Below are positions 1-10,495 of a stretch of DNA of 64,000 nt, in pieces. The position numbers and the translations under genes are program-made. The number at the start of each line of letters is the position of its first letter. Position 1 is the first letter of the stretch. Source of the stretch: Chthoniobacteraceae bacterium (GTDB lineage Bacteria > Verrucomicrobiota > Verrucomicrobiia > Chthoniobacterales > Chthoniobacteraceae); assembly GCA_040081625.1 (NCBI GenBank), contig JBEBGD010000017.1, positions 1-64,000 on the forward strand. The letters run 5' to 3'. The notes beneath the pieces were generated by a model. It made no database searches. It saw nothing but the letters and a program-made list of their open reading frames with translations, and was not told where the DNA came from.

Positions 1-394
1 TCTCGAACTTCTCGCCCTGCAACACGAACCCAATCTTCCCCGCGAACCCCGTGAAGTATCCCGCCTGCCGCAGCCGCACCGGATACGACTGCTCGATGAA
101 CCGGCGCTCCAGGTCGCCGTGCTCGAAGTTGCAGCCGTGGCGATACTCGTAGAGCCCGGTCAGCACGCTCGCGCGGCTGGCCATGCAGATGGCCGTCGTG
201 TTGTAGTGATTGGCGAATCGCACGCCCGCGCTCGCGAGCTTGTCGAGGTTCGGAGTGATGACCTCCTTGTTCCCGTAGCAGCCCGCAGCCCGCACGGTCT
301 GGTCGTCGGAGAACAGAAAGATGATGTTCGGCCTCCCGGCGGCGTGAGTGACGCAGGACGCAAGCGTGAGGAAAATGAGGATGAGTGCCTTCAC
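1..394 (-). CDS. Sulfatase, S1 formylglycine family (5' part; runs off the window edge)
   Basis: Manual translation from GTG at 394 gives [32 protein letters not shown]...TPNLDKLA...[12 protein letters not shown]...FAGKIG: signal peptide, PNII..DD motif and CxASR catalytic motif. Absent from the ORF track because there is no stop in the window. Confidence 0.92.
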   Translation of the reverse strand, partial: MKALILIFLTLASCVTHAAGRPNIIFLFSDDQTVRAAGCYGNKEVITPNLDKLASAGVRFANHYNTTAICMASRASVLTGLYEYRHGCNFEHGDLERRFIEQSYPVRLRQAGYFTGFAGKIGFVLQGEKFE

Positions 395-562
395 GAGTGG
401 AGTGCCAAGGCTCGCGTCGTCGCGATAACCGGCATCGTCGGGCATCACCGGAATGATGTTGGACCGCCCCGCCGCCGCATGAGCTGGCGCAAGTGGCAGG
501 ACGTTGGCCGCCGTCAGCGGGGCAAAAGCGGCGCGGAGTGGAGTGGTATTCGTCCTTTTCAT
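395..562 (-). pseudogene. Degenerate N-terminal stub of another sulfatase, in frame with the downstream sulfatase
   Basis: ATG at 562 reads [56 protein letters not shown] and then continues into VKALIL...; it resembles a decayed signal peptide plus RPNII.vm.DD.GY.D...G.P..K. Confidence 0.6.
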
Positions 563-599
563 GGGGTCGGTGGTTGCAGGATGGGGCAGGCGTTGCAGC

Positions 600-2036
600 T
601 CATCGGTCAACTTCATCGCAGTCGGCCTTCTTCTTTCGCTTCGCCTTGCCGCTGCCATCGGGCAGCGCGAGCGCAAAGTCATTCTTCTGCGCCTCCCCGG
701 CGGCGCTGCGGCCGCGGTCGATGATTCCTTGCATGAGTGTGGTCAGTTTCGCGACGACTTCATGGTTTGCGGCATGCACAACCTTCTTCTCACTGAGATC
801 AGCGTCGATGTTGTAAAGTTCGCGCCGACCGCTCTTGAGGAAGACGAGTTTCCACGGCCCCTGCCGGATCGCGAGATCACCGCTGGAAGACTGATGGACG
901 GTCGCCTCATGCGCGGGGGTCTGCGCGGTGCCGAGAAACTCGCCGAGCAGGCTCACGCTGTCCTCGCCGGCATTGGCGGGCAGTTTCGCGCCGACGATTT
1001 CCGCAGCCGTCGCCAGGAGATCGTTGAGGCAGATGGTGTGGTCGTTGACCGAGCCAGCTTTCACTTTCGCCGGCCAGCGCACGACATAGGGCACACGATG
1101 GCCGCCCTCATAGATGCTGCGCTTCGACTCGCGCAGCGGTTCGTAGGTGCGTTGCTCAGCGCCGTTGTCGCTCGTGGCGATGACGAGCGTGTTGTCCGCA
1201 AGCTGATGGCGATCCAGCGCTTCGAGGAGCTGTCCGAGCATCGCGTCGCCTTGGAAAAGCCAGTCGCCATATTGCGCGCTCTTCTTCACGAGATCCTGCG
1301 CGCCACTCTTTCCGATATAGTCGGGCGACGGCACGAGCGGCTCATGCGGCGGGCACATCGGGAAGTAGAGAAAGAACGGCTCGTCCTTCCTCCGCTGGCC
1401 GATCCACTCGACGGCCTTCTTGATCATCAGCGGCTGGTTCTCGACGGCATTCACGTTCGCGACCACGCGGTTCTGCTCGATGATCGTGCCGATGTTCCGC
1501 GCATGGGTGAAGCCGTAGAAATAATCGAAACCGATGGCGTTCGGGCCGTCGGTGATCTTCGCGCCGATGGGGACTTCCTTTTCGTTCCCGGGTTTCCCGT
1601 CCACCCAGTTCATGCCGAGGTGCCATTTACCAATGCTCGCCGTGGTGTAGCCGTTTTGCTTGAGCAGCGAGGCCACGGTCATTCGGCTCTCGGGAATGAT
1701 CGGCTTGGAAAACGTCGTCAAAACACCGAACTGCCCGATGCGCGAAGGATACCGCCCCGTGAGCACGCCGTAGCGCGTCGGCGTGCAGACGGCGGCGGCG
1801 GAGTGGGCGTCGGTGAAGCGCATTCCTTGCTGCGCAAGTCGATCGAGGTTCGGCGTGCGCAAGGCCGAGTCTGCCTTGTAGCTCTGCGGCTGCGCCCAGC
1901 CCATGTCGTCGAAAAGGACGAAGATGATGTTGGGACGCCCGCGCGGCGCATCCTTGCCTGCCGCGGACACCACGCCGCAGATGCCCAGCAGCAGGATGGC
2001 GACGAGGGCGGACGTGCGGATTCGTTTTGTGATCAT
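600..2036 (-). CDS. Arylsulfatase A-like S1 sulfatase
   Basis: Signal peptide; [35 protein letters not shown] and EGGHRVP motifs. Confidence 0.93.
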   Translation of the reverse strand: MITKRIRTSALVAILLLGICGVVSAAGKDAPRGRPNIIFVLFDDMGWAQPQSYKADSALRTPNLDRLAQQGMRFTDAHSAAAVCTPTRYGVLTGRYPSRIGQFGVLTTFSKPIIPESRMTVASLLKQNGYTTASIGKWHLGMNWVDGKPGNEKEVPIGAKITDGPNAIGFDYFYGFTHARNIGTIIEQNRVVANVNAVENQPLMIKKAVEWIGQRRKDEPFFLYFPMCPPHEPLVPSPDYIGKSGAQDLVKKSAQYGDWLFQGDAMLGQLLEALDRHQLADNTLVIATSDNGAEQRTYEPLRESKRSIYEGGHRVPYVVRWPAKVKAGSVNDHTICLNDLLATAAEIVGAKLPANAGEDSVSLLGEFLGTAQTPAHEATVHQSSSGDLAIRQGPWKLVFLKSGRRELYNIDADLSEKKVVHAANHEVVAKLTTLMQGIIDRGRSAAGEAQKNDFALALPDGSGKAKRKKKADCDEVDR

Positions 2037-2042
2037 GACCTA

Positions 2043-4532
2043 TTATTCCTCGCGGAAGAGCGGGCTGTCGATGACGGCGGCGATCGTGTCCACGATGCGA
2101 TAGCCATGCTTCGCCGATTGCTCGACGATCTGGTCCACCGCAAAGCCGGCCCGTGGCTCCTCGCCGTTGGCGTAGGTCAGCAATTTCGTGATGACACAGC
2201 GCACGAAGCGGTCGCGGTTCGCGTCGTTCAGCATCAGCTTCCGGTAGTCCTGGATGTTTTGGTAAGCGGCGCCGTTGCGGAACTCGGCGCTCGCATCAAT
2301 CGGGATGGTCGGAGCCTTCGCGGCCTGTCGCTTCTTTTTCGCGGGAGCGTCCGCTTCAGCGTCGCCCGCCGCCTCCGTCGTCGGCGCGATGTAGGCATCC
2401 CGCCACGCGCCCATCGGATCGAAGTTCTCGAAGGCGTAGCCATACGGATCGATCGTCTTGTGGCACGATGCGCAGTTCGCGTCGCTGCTGTGTTTGGCGA
2501 GGATCTCCCGGATCGTCTTCGCCTGGCGCACGTCGGGCTCCTCGATCTTCACGTCCGCTGGCGGCGGCGACGGATGGATGCCGAGGAAGTTTTCCATCAC
2601 GTATTTCGCGCGGTGGATCGGCGAGGTCGAGAGCGTGTCCGCCGTGATCGTGAGGAACGCGCCCATGCCGAGCAGTCCGCCGCGGTGGCCGTCGGCGAAG
2701 GTGAATTTCCGCAACTTCGAATCCGCGGGCACCTTCGTCGCGCCATACACCTCGGCGAGATCGGCGTTGATGAAGCTGTAGTCCGCCGCGAGGAATTCGG
2801 GCAGCCGGAGATTGTTCGCGACCGCGTGCCGGAAGAACTCCAGCGCCTCGGCCGTCATGTCTTCGCTCACGCGCTTGCGGTGATAGAAGACGTAATGGTC
2901 CGGGTCGGGGGCCATGAAGTTGATGTCGTTGAGCAGCAGCCACGCGAAGGGAAACGCCCGCAGGAACGGATCGCCCTGGCCCGCGTCGAAGCGGCGCTGC
3001 ACTTCAGCGCGCACGTCGGCGAACGAGTTCAGTTTGCCGCCAGCCACGGCGGCGCGGAGTCCCGCATCGGGCAGCGTGCTTCCGAGGAACGTGCTGAACT
3101 TGGACGCGAACCGCTGCTCCGGCGTGAGGTCGTCCGTGTTGAGCAGAAGGAACGCGGGCGACACGAGCACGGCGACAATGCCCTCCTTCAGCGCCTCGAT
3201 TTCATTCATCGTCTTCGCCTTGGCCTTCACGAGTGCGACGATCGAATCCAGTTCACCCGCGTGCACCGGTCGGCGCCACGCGCGTTCGGCGATGGGCTGG
3301 AGGATCGCCGCCGCATTCGCGACGGACGGCTTGTCTCCGATGAGCGCCACCTGTCGTTTGGTCGGCCAGCTTTCGTAGAACGGCCCCTCGACCACGGCGC
3401 TGTAAATGACCGGGCGCGGTCCCTGCCAGTAGTCCACCCAGTGCTGCCATGCGTCCGGACCTTTGGCGGTCCGTCCCGGTTTCTTTGATTCAAGTCCCGC
3501 CACGATCTTCGCGTAACGCGCCGGGTCGTGCTCCTTGAGGTGCTGGCCTGCGATTCGATACTCGAACTTGAAGTTGCCGTTGCCAACCAAGGTAAGGCCG
3601 TCGGTCGGGTAAAAAAGCTGCAGACGCGAACCGGCCGCGATCCATTCGTCGAGGACGATCTCCACGGGCTTCTCCTCCGGCAGATCGAACGTCTTCACGC
3701 GGTCGCCCAGACTCACGCTCAACCGGATCGGATCGCCCTCGCGAATGCCGGTCTGCTCGGAGGCATACACGTTCCGGTCCTTTCCCGTGGCGCGGATGGT
3801 GATCTTGTAACGGCCCGTCGCCGACGCGGCGGCGAAGTCCTTGAAGTAAATCGGCGACTTGGGATCGAGGAAGTCGATCGAGCCATTCGCGCCATGAGTC
3901 TCGGAGCGCTTGGTGTTCTGGCTCGTGTGCGCGCGGAACATCTTCTCGGCGGGCACCTCGATGCGGCGCGACGCCGGGCGGTCGCCCGAGAGGATCGTCG
4001 CATCCACGATCTTCCGCACCGCGTCGATGTATTGCTCCAGGTGAAATTTGCTGAACCCGAGCGTCGCGCTGTGCGTGTCGAAGCCGTGATGCAGCGAGTC
4101 CCCGATCAAATTCGCCACCGGCTGATGCGTCCCCACGTCCTCGATCATCAGCACGTCGCGGATGCTGTTGGCGAATTCTCGATTGTTGAGCCGGCGCGGG
4201 CCGGACTTCACGAGCGACTTGTCCGCCGCCTCGTAGGCGCCGAGTTGCCCCTTCACAAATGACGCCAGGTCCTTCCGAGCCGCGGCAGTGATGTCGCTTT
4301 CATCCTCAGGCGGCATCTCCCCGGCGGTGATGAGATCGAGCACCTCCACCCAGCGCTTGAGATTGTCCGCAGCCGGCCGCTCGCCGAGTTCGGTGAGCTT
4401 GAACTTGCCCTTGGCCTTTTTGTCGCTGTGGCACTCCGCGCACTGCGTTTCCAGCAACGCCGGACTGGCGAAGGCGAAAGTCGGCGCGACGAGTCCGGCG
4501 CACAACAACGCGGCAACGGTAAGATTACACAT
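2043..4532 (-). CDS. DUF1592/DUF1588/DUF1585-type PVC cytochrome c protein
   Basis: Signal peptide; CAECH and CASCH heme motifs; MPP; RRLNNREFANSIRD; TSPIHRA; IDPYGYAFENFDPMGAWR. Confidence 0.88.
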   Translation of the reverse strand: MCNLTVAALLCAGLVAPTFAFASPALLETQCAECHSDKKAKGKFKLTELGERPAADNLKRWVEVLDLITAGEMPPEDESDITAAARKDLASFVKGQLGAYEAADKSLVKSGPRRLNNREFANSIRDVLMIEDVGTHQPVANLIGDSLHHGFDTHSATLGFSKFHLEQYIDAVRKIVDATILSGDRPASRRIEVPAEKMFRAHTSQNTKRSETHGANGSIDFLDPKSPIYFKDFAAASATGRYKITIRATGKDRNVYASEQTGIREGDPIRLSVSLGDRVKTFDLPEEKPVEIVLDEWIAAGSRLQLFYPTDGLTLVGNGNFKFEYRIAGQHLKEHDPARYAKIVAGLESKKPGRTAKGPDAWQHWVDYWQGPRPVIYSAVVEGPFYESWPTKRQVALIGDKPSVANAAAILQPIAERAWRRPVHAGELDSIVALVKAKAKTMNEIEALKEGIVAVLVSPAFLLLNTDDLTPEQRFASKFSTFLGSTLPDAGLRAAVAGGKLNSFADVRAEVQRRFDAGQGDPFLRAFPFAWLLLNDINFMAPDPDHYVFYHRKRVSEDMTAEALEFFRHAVANNLRLPEFLAADYSFINADLAEVYGATKVPADSKLRKFTFADGHRGGLLGMGAFLTITADTLSTSPIHRAKYVMENFLGIHPSPPPADVKIEEPDVRQAKTIREILAKHSSDANCASCHKTIDPYGYAFENFDPMGAWRDAYIAPTTEAAGDAEADAPAKKKRQAAKAPTIPIDASAEFRNGAAYQNIQDYRKLMLNDANRDRFVRCVITKLLTYANGEEPRAGFAVDQIVEQSAKHGYRIVDTIAAVIDSPLFREE

Positions 4533-5787
4533 GACTCAGGTCGAACTTTCCCGTGCTCGTGTTGAACTTGTCGCGCTCGATGCCGAACCGCTGCATCAGC
4601 GTCACGTAGAGATTGCAAAGCGGCATGCTGTTGCCGCTCGCGTCCGCCGCATCCACGTGGCCGCGATGCTTGAAGCCGCCTCCCGCGACGAAGACCGGCA
4701 GGTTGCGGTTCGAGTGCGTGCCGCCGTAGCCCATGCCGCTGCCGAACAGCACGATCGTGTTGTCGAGCATCGTGCCATTGCCGTTCGGCTCCTGGATGGC
4801 GTCGAGCTTCTTCAGGCAGCGCGACAGCCGCGCGATCTGGAACGACTCGATCGCCACTAGTTCCGCCGTCACGTTCTCCATCTTCCCGTTGTGCGTGCAG
4901 CCGTGGTAGCTGCGGTTCACACCCTCGATGTCGGTGTATTTCAGTTCAGACGGGAACTCGATGCTCGCCACGCGCGTCAGGTCGGTCTGGAACGCGTAGG
5001 CGATCATGTCGAAGATGGCGTCGTAGCGGTTCGCGATCGTGACTTCCGACTCGGTGAAGTGCCCGGAGATGTCGAAGCCCGGCTTCTCGCGGTCGAGCCA
5101 CGTCTCGCGGTTGGCGAACGAACTTTCCAACTCGCGCACCGAAGTCTGGAACTGGTCCATCCGCTCCCGGTCGCGCACGCTGGCATTCTTCAGCAGCCCC
5201 GCAAACTGGCTGCCCACTGTGTCGAGGATGCTGCCGTCGCGCTTGAGCAACTCACGCCGCTCGGCGCGTTCCTTCGGCGTCAGGTTGAGGAATAGATGAT
5301 CGAAGAGCCTCTGCGGATCGGTGAAGGGCTGCTTCTCCACGCCATTCGCCGTCCAGCTCATGCGGATGCCGGACTCCAGCGCCGCGCCGATGGAATCGTA
5401 TCGCACCTGGCTGCCGACCTGCCGCGCGAAGAGCTGGTCGATCGACATGTTCTTCTCCGGAAACGCCGCCGCCGTCGAAGGCAACACGCCGCTGAGAAAA
5501 CCGATCTCCTTGCCGTGCCCGCTCACCATGCCGTGGTCCGTGTGCGAAAGAATCGTCATGCGGTCCTTCATCCATTCCAGCGACTGGAGCGTCGGCGAAA
5601 TGGCGAAGTCCTTTCCGAAATTCTTCGGGAAGAAAAAGTCCGGCTGCGCCCCGAACGGATTGCCCACGACGAGAAAGCGTGTGGGCGGTTTCCCGGTGGC
5701 GCCTGCGGCGGCCAGCGTGGATTCGAGCAGCGGAAGCGCGAGCGCGCCTCCCACGCCCTTCAAAAATGTGCGGCGATCAATATTCAT
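4525..5787 (-). CDS. DUF1552 family protein (Tat signal)
   Basis: Likely start MNIDRRTFLKGVGGALALPLLES; AFQTDLTRV, YHGCTH and HSNRNLP motifs; usual partner of DUF1592 genes. Confidence 0.88.
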   Translation of the reverse strand: MNIDRRTFLKGVGGALALPLLESTLAAAGATGKPPTRFLVVGNPFGAQPDFFFPKNFGKDFAISPTLQSLEWMKDRMTILSHTDHGMVSGHGKEIGFLSGVLPSTAAAFPEKNMSIDQLFARQVGSQVRYDSIGAALESGIRMSWTANGVEKQPFTDPQRLFDHLFLNLTPKERAERRELLKRDGSILDTVGSQFAGLLKNASVRDRERMDQFQTSVRELESSFANRETWLDREKPGFDISGHFTESEVTIANRYDAIFDMIAYAFQTDLTRVASIEFPSELKYTDIEGVNRSYHGCTHNGKMENVTAELVAIESFQIARLSRCLKKLDAIQEPNGNGTMLDNTIVLFGSGMGYGGTHSNRNLPVFVAGGGFKHRGHVDAADASGNSMPLCNLYVTLMQRFGIERDKFNTSTGKFDLSHV

Positions 5788-5957
5788 GGATTGTTCGGGG
5801 ATTGGTCTGACGTTTTCAAAACGGGACAGGTTGCGCGAGTTGTTCCGAGCGCGAGGCTGAAGCGTGTGCTTCACTGTTCGGCACAGAGACCGGGAGGACA
5901 CTGAGGGGAAAGAGGATGGAGGGCGTCGGTGAAGTCTTCATTCGGATCGAGGTGCGA

Positions 5958-7289
5958 CTATTTTGCAGTGAACTCCAGCAGCGGCCCCGATGCCTCCGGG
6001 TGGTGCTCACTCGCAAAGGCGTGGAAGAGCCCCTTGCCCTCGCCATCGATCAACCCCGTCTCGCGCACGAGGACGAAGATCACCTGCTTGTCGGGATCGG
6101 CCTTCAAAAACTCCAGCAGCTTGTCGCCATTGATGCCAAAGCTGCCGGTCTGCTGACTGCGCGGAATGTCGAACGTCCCCAGCAGCACGCCGTCCTCGAC
6201 GTTCGGCGCATCTTCCCACGTCGGCTCACTGCTCCAGTCCTCCTTGTCGGGCCGCGTCACGCCATAGACCGCGAAGGTGTTGACCAGCGGCAGCCGCGCG
6301 GCCAGCCCCAGCCCGCTCGGCACCTGATTGAGGCGAAGCCGGACGGACTTCACCGACTCCAGATTCACCTTGGAAACATCGAAGGCGAAGAACGCCCGCA
6401 TGTCCCAAGTGTGGGTCTCCGTCTGTTTCACCATCAGGATTTCAGGACGGATGTGTTTGCCGCGTTTGTTGCGACGATTGACGTAACCCGCCCGCCCATT
6501 CGTCCCGATGCGCTGATGCGGTGAAGCCTCGGCGATTGCCGGCTCCTGGCTCGCGCCATCGTAGGTCGTCATCGCGCCATCGGAGATCGAAGCCCCCTGG
6601 CGGTCCTTCAGCCGCACCTCCCGGCCCGTGGCTGGCTGATGCACGGAGATCTCGCCCTTCAAGACTTCAAAGTCCGATGAGTTGCCCGATCTCGTAACGC
6701 TGACAGCGAACTGCGTCCCGTGATCCACCGCATATCCGCCCGGCGCTTCCATGATGAATCCGATCGCCGGTTCCGGCACATCGATCACCGCCGATCCCGC
6801 GAGCAACCTGCCACGCATCGGTGTCTCCAAAACGAGGTGCGCCGGAGCCTCCAGCACCACCTTGGCCCCGGACTTGAACTGGATCGTGGCGATGCCGGTG
6901 TTGAGCTTCAGATACCCCGGTGCCAGCGCCGAACCGGGAGCCGTCGGCAATGAACTTTCCCACGAAGCATCCTCACCCGAAACCAGCGTCGCGATGACTG
7001 GGGGACGCGAGAATTTCATCCAACTCAATGCCCCGAACAGGACCACCGCGGCTGCCGCAGCGATCCACGCGACCGGCCGGAAGATCGGCGAGATAATCTT
7101 CCGCTCCGCGGAAACGGGCGCCGCCACACGTTCTAGCGCGATCTCGCGCAGACCCGCATCGGTCCCCGCTTCGAAGATCAGCTTCCGCCGCAGCGCCGGA
7201 TCGTTCGCGAGGAGCCGATCCAATTCCGCGACTTCATCCACTGTCGCTTCGCCCATCAGATACCGATGAAGGAGATCGTGCGCGTCCAT
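5958..7289 (-). CDS. FecR-domain anti-sigma factor with C-terminal DNRLRE/CBM96-like domain
   Basis: Start MDAHDLLHRYL 2 nt after the sigma stop; TM helix; FecR core AVDHGTQFAV..FEVLKGEI; C-terminus RAFFAFDVS..VRLRL..TWEDAP..FASEHH..GPLL. Confidence 0.82.
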   Translation of the reverse strand: MDAHDLLHRYLMGEATVDEVAELDRLLANDPALRRKLIFEAGTDAGLREIALERVAAPVSAERKIISPIFRPVAWIAAAAAVVLFGALSWMKFSRPPVIATLVSGEDASWESSLPTAPGSALAPGYLKLNTGIATIQFKSGAKVVLEAPAHLVLETPMRGRLLAGSAVIDVPEPAIGFIMEAPGGYAVDHGTQFAVSVTRSGNSSDFEVLKGEISVHQPATGREVRLKDRQGASISDGAMTTYDGASQEPAIAEASPHQRIGTNGRAGYVNRRNKRGKHIRPEILMVKQTETHTWDMRAFFAFDVSKVNLESVKSVRLRLNQVPSGLGLAARLPLVNTFAVYGVTRPDKEDWSSEPTWEDAPNVEDGVLLGTFDIPRSQQTGSFGINGDKLLEFLKADPDKQVIFVLVRETGLIDGEGKGLFHAFASEHHPEASGPLLEFTAK

Positions 7290-7291
7290 CT

Positions 7292-7849
7292 TTAGTGAGC
7301 CTCCTGTCGCAGCGAACTGTGAATGCAGGCCGCCAATTTCTCGCGCAGCCGCCCGAGCAATTTGTAGAGCGCGTTCGCCGATTTCCCGCCCTGGTCCGCG
7401 AGCGTCGTGACGCGACTCTCGCCCGAGTAAGGTGCCAGCAACAATTCCTGATGCGGCACGGAAAAACGATCCAGACACGAGCGCAGCGCACGCCGAGCCG
7501 CCGCCTGTTCCTCCGCATCGATCGCCTCCGCCTCATCCGCCAGCAGCTCCAGCAGTTCGTCCGTAAAGACATGACGGTCGCGCCGCATCCTGGAAATCGC
7601 AGACAGACACTTGAAGCGCACCACGACCTTCGCCCAAGGCAGAAACCCCGCCTCATCGCGCAACTGCCCAAACTTCTCCCAGAGCGTGACGCTCGCCTCC
7701 TGAATCACCTCATCCACCGCATTCCAATCCGGTAGCAGCGCGCGGGAAAAAGCGCGCAAAGCCGGCTCGTGCCGCATCAACAGCCGCATGAAGTCCCCTT
7801 CGACGAGGGGCCGGTGCTGGGGGTAGGAATGTGAGTCGGAACTCGACAT
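7292..7849 (-). CDS. ECF sigma-70 factor (Rhodopirellula/Verrucomicrobium type)
   Basis: FMRLLMRHEPALRAF..DEVIQEASVTLWEKF..FLPWA; region 4 ALYKLLGRLREKLAACI; GGAGG upstream of ATG 7849. Confidence 0.92.
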   Translation of the reverse strand: MSSSDSHSYPQHRPLVEGDFMRLLMRHEPALRAFSRALLPDWNAVDEVIQEASVTLWEKFGQLRDEAGFLPWAKVVVRFKCLSAISRMRRDRHVFTDELLELLADEAEAIDAEEQAAARRALRSCLDRFSVPHQELLLAPYSGESRVTTLADQGGKSANALYKLLGRLREKLAACIHSSLRQEAH

Positions 7850-7958
7850 GCACCCTCCTATTCGCTGATCCGGACAGGCCTGCCGAATTTTTATTCGGAT
7901 TGTCGCAGGACCGCACTCAACGCGCACGACCGACCGATTTCTCGCGCCGCCAGCTCCC

Positions 7959-8873
7959 TCACTTCCTCTCCCACACGCGGACGTAGTCCACCTCCATGGA
8001 TGTGGGAAAACCTTCGGCGGTCGCGGCTTGCGGCACCGGCTTCATGTTCTGCCCGACCCACCCGATGTGCGGATGCCGCAGCCCGAAGGAGAGCGTCACG
8101 TTCATCGGCAGATGCCAGTATTTGTTCGGCTTCCGGGCGACTTCCTGGCCGTCGATATACCAGACGATCGCCTCCGGGGTGACGTCGCAGCCATAGACGT
8201 GGAAGTCGTCGCGCGGATCCCACGGTGCGACCCACGCGTTCTTGCACAGCACGGGGTCCATCATCGGCCGCACCCATCGGACCTTGCCGTCCGCGTCCGC
8301 CAGTCGCAGATGCAGGTTCATATCGATGTGGCTGACCGAGTCGCGCACCTTGGTTTCGCGATTGAGTTCGTTCATCTGGAGCTCGACGAAATCAATCTCG
8401 CAGTAGCGAACCTCGCCCGTGGTGTTCTTGCCGTCGCTGTAGGCCCAGAAGGCCGGGCAGGCGCCGGGGAAGAGGCTGCACCCTTTGATCCGCGCCTCGT
8501 AATAGCCGTAGGTGCGCTGCTGATACGAGCGGACGATGCCGGACTTGTAGAAGAACTTGTTCCCGCCCCGCGTGTGCGGCTCGTGAATCATGCGGAGGAT
8601 GAGCTTGCCGTCTGCGTGATAGGCGTTGCGTTCGTCCCACGTCCACGGACCCCAACTCGCGGGTTTGTGGTTCCATTTCCGCGCGTCGATCGTCAGCGCG
8701 TTAAACTCGTCGGAGAATCCCGGCTTAAGCTCCCACTTGCCTGATTGGCCGAGTGGCTCGGCAGGGATGTTTTGCGCGACATCAGCCGCGAGTGAGTGCA
8801 TCGCCGTCAGCAGGACGGCGGTGGTTGAGAGCAGGCAATAAGTCGTCATGGCGATGGTGGAGAAGCGCCTCAC
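7959..8873 (-). CDS. cgkA: GH16 glycoside hydrolase, kappa-carrageenase-like
   Basis: Catalytic YCEIDFVE; FPGACPAFW; DFHVYGCDV..IVWYIDGQEVARKPNKYWHLPMNVTLSFGLR; PTSMEVDYVRVWE. These closely match the motifs I recall for Pseudoalteromonas CgkA (YSEIDVVE, VARKPNKYWHRPMNVTLSLGLR). Confidence 0.82.
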   Translation of the reverse strand: MRRFSTIAMTTYCLLSTTAVLLTAMHSLAADVAQNIPAEPLGQSGKWELKPGFSDEFNALTIDARKWNHKPASWGPWTWDERNAYHADGKLILRMIHEPHTRGGNKFFYKSGIVRSYQQRTYGYYEARIKGCSLFPGACPAFWAYSDGKNTTGEVRYCEIDFVELQMNELNRETKVRDSVSHIDMNLHLRLADADGKVRWVRPMMDPVLCKNAWVAPWDPRDDFHVYGCDVTPEAIVWYIDGQEVARKPNKYWHLPMNVTLSFGLRHPHIGWVGQNMKPVPQAATAEGFPTSMEVDYVRVWERK

Positions 8874-10495
8874 TTCAGGTGCGTGCGGAGCTGGGTGGCG
8901 AGCGCGGCGACGCTTTCGGAATTCGCCTTTGCCACGTTCGCCGTCTCGTTGGGATCGCTATCGTGGTCGTAGAGCTCGACGAAGACGGGCGTGGCGTTCT
9001 TGTCGCGCTGGTCGCGCCATTCGATGTAGCGGTAGCGGTCGGTGCGCAGCGCGTAGCCCGTGAGGTGATGCTCGAAGAGTTCGCGGTCCCACGTCCTTCC
9101 CTGCTGTTTGATGATGCGGTGCTCGACCTCCTCGACGAGTGGTCCGAAGAAGGTCTCGCGCATCGCGGGTGAGAGCGGGGAAGCGGCCCATTCGCGCAGC
9201 GCGGGACTAGGGAACTGGCTGAGCGCAGCCTCTTTTCCGGCCAGCTTGGGGTCGCCCAGCAGCGGCACGAAGCTGCGTCCGGCCAGGTGCGCGGGCTGCG
9301 GGATGCCGGCCAGTTCGCAAAGCGACGGATAGATGTCCACGAGCTCCACCAGCGCGCGCGTGCCTTCGCCGCGGGCCTTCATCTGCGGGGCACAGACGAT
9401 GAGCGGCACGCGCGTTGCGATCTCATAGTTGGTGGCCTTGCCCCAGATGCCCATCTCGCCGAGGTGCCAGCCGTGGTCGCCCCAGACGACGATGATTGTA
9501 TTCTCGCGGACGCCCGCCTGTTCGAGAGCGGTGATCACTTTCCCGATCAACGTGTCCACGTAGCTGGTGCTCGCGTAATAGGCGTGCAGGAGCGTGCGCG
9601 TGAGGTCGTCGCCCATCGGGCCGATCTTCGGGATGCCGGCGCGAACGCGAAGTTCGAACGACGGATGCAATCCAATCTGCGCGCCGTCCTTCGGGCCGGT
9701 GGCCGGGGTGGGAAGTGGGATTTTTTCCCGGTCGTAGAGGTCCCAGTATTTTTTGGGAGCGACCCAGTTCAGGTGCGGCAGCTTGAAGCCGAGCCCGAGG
9801 AAGAACGGTTTCTCCGGGTTCGCTTTCACCATGTCGTTCAACGTGGCGATGGCGACCTCGGTATTCCATCCGTCGATGTAGGCGTGGTCGGGCACGTCGT
9901 AGCTTTCGTAGGCGGGGCCGCTGGCGAGTCCCTGCCTCGAGGCCTCGCCATACTTCGCGAACATTTCCTTCTGCTGCCGCTGGTGCAGCTCGTGGTTCTT
10001 TGGGTCGGCGAAAGTGTAGTTCGGCCTTTTGCGCGCGACCTTGTTCGCGGCGGGCATGCGGCTCCACGACTGCGGGTCATCACCGGGCCGATGAAAAATC
10101 TTTCCGACCGACACCGTCTCATACCCGTGCGCCTTGAACTGCTGCGGCAGCGTGATCACGTCGGGATTCAGATCGCGGAACTCGACGTAGTTATGCGTGA
10201 TCCGCGTCTGATCGGGCCGTAGCCCGGAGAGCAGGCTCGCGCGCGACGGACTGCAAATCGCCTGCTGGCAATACGCCCGATCGAAGCGCCGCCCCTCGGC
10301 CGAGAGCCGGTCGAGGTTCGGGCTTTTGACAATCTTCGATCCGTAGCAACCAAGCTCCGGACGCAGGTCGTCGATCGCGATAAAGAGGACGTTGGGCTTC
10401 ACCGCCGCACTGGCCTCACGCAGAGACGCGGTGGCGCAGAGGAGGAAAAGAACGAGGGCTTCGGATCGCATGAGAAAGCTGCTTCCCGGGCTCAC
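8870..10495 (-). CDS. S1 sulfatase, iduronate-2-sulfatase-like (probably subfamily S1_7)
   Basis: KPNVLFIAIDDLRP; CSPSRASLLSGLRPD; GKIFH; FKLPHL; WGDHGWHLGE. GTGA overlaps with both neighbours. Confidence 0.9.
   Translation of the reverse strand: MSPGSSFLMRSEALVLFLLCATASLREASAAVKPNVLFIAIDDLRPELGCYGSKIVKSPNLDRLSAEGRRFDRAYCQQAICSPSRASLLSGLRPDQTRITHNYVEFRDLNPDVITLPQQFKAHGYETVSVGKIFHRPGDDPQSWSRMPAANKVARKRPNYTFADPKNHELHQRQQKEMFAKYGEASRQGLASGPAYESYDVPDHAYIDGWNTEVAIATLNDMVKANPEKPFFLGLGFKLPHLNWVAPKKYWDLYDREKIPLPTPATGPKDGAQIGLHPSFELRVRAGIPKIGPMGDDLTRTLLHAYYASTSYVDTLIGKVITALEQAGVRENTIIVVWGDHGWHLGEMGIWGKATNYEIATRVPLIVCAPQMKARGEGTRALVELVDIYPSLCELAGIPQPAHLAGRSFVPLLGDPKLAGKEAALSQFPSPALREWAASPLSPAMRETFFGPLVEEVEHRIIKQQGRTWDRELFEHHLTGYALRTDRYRYIEWRDQRDKNATPVFVELYDHDSDPNETANVAKANSESVAALATQLRTHLK

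Noticed and set aside
504..3488. 994-aa plus-strand ORF, and similar long ORFs at 12175-14595, 15199-16929, 18526-21207 and 54607-56370
   Set aside because: Antisense shadows of well-supported minus-strand genes; expected in high-GC DNA and carrying no recognisable motifs.
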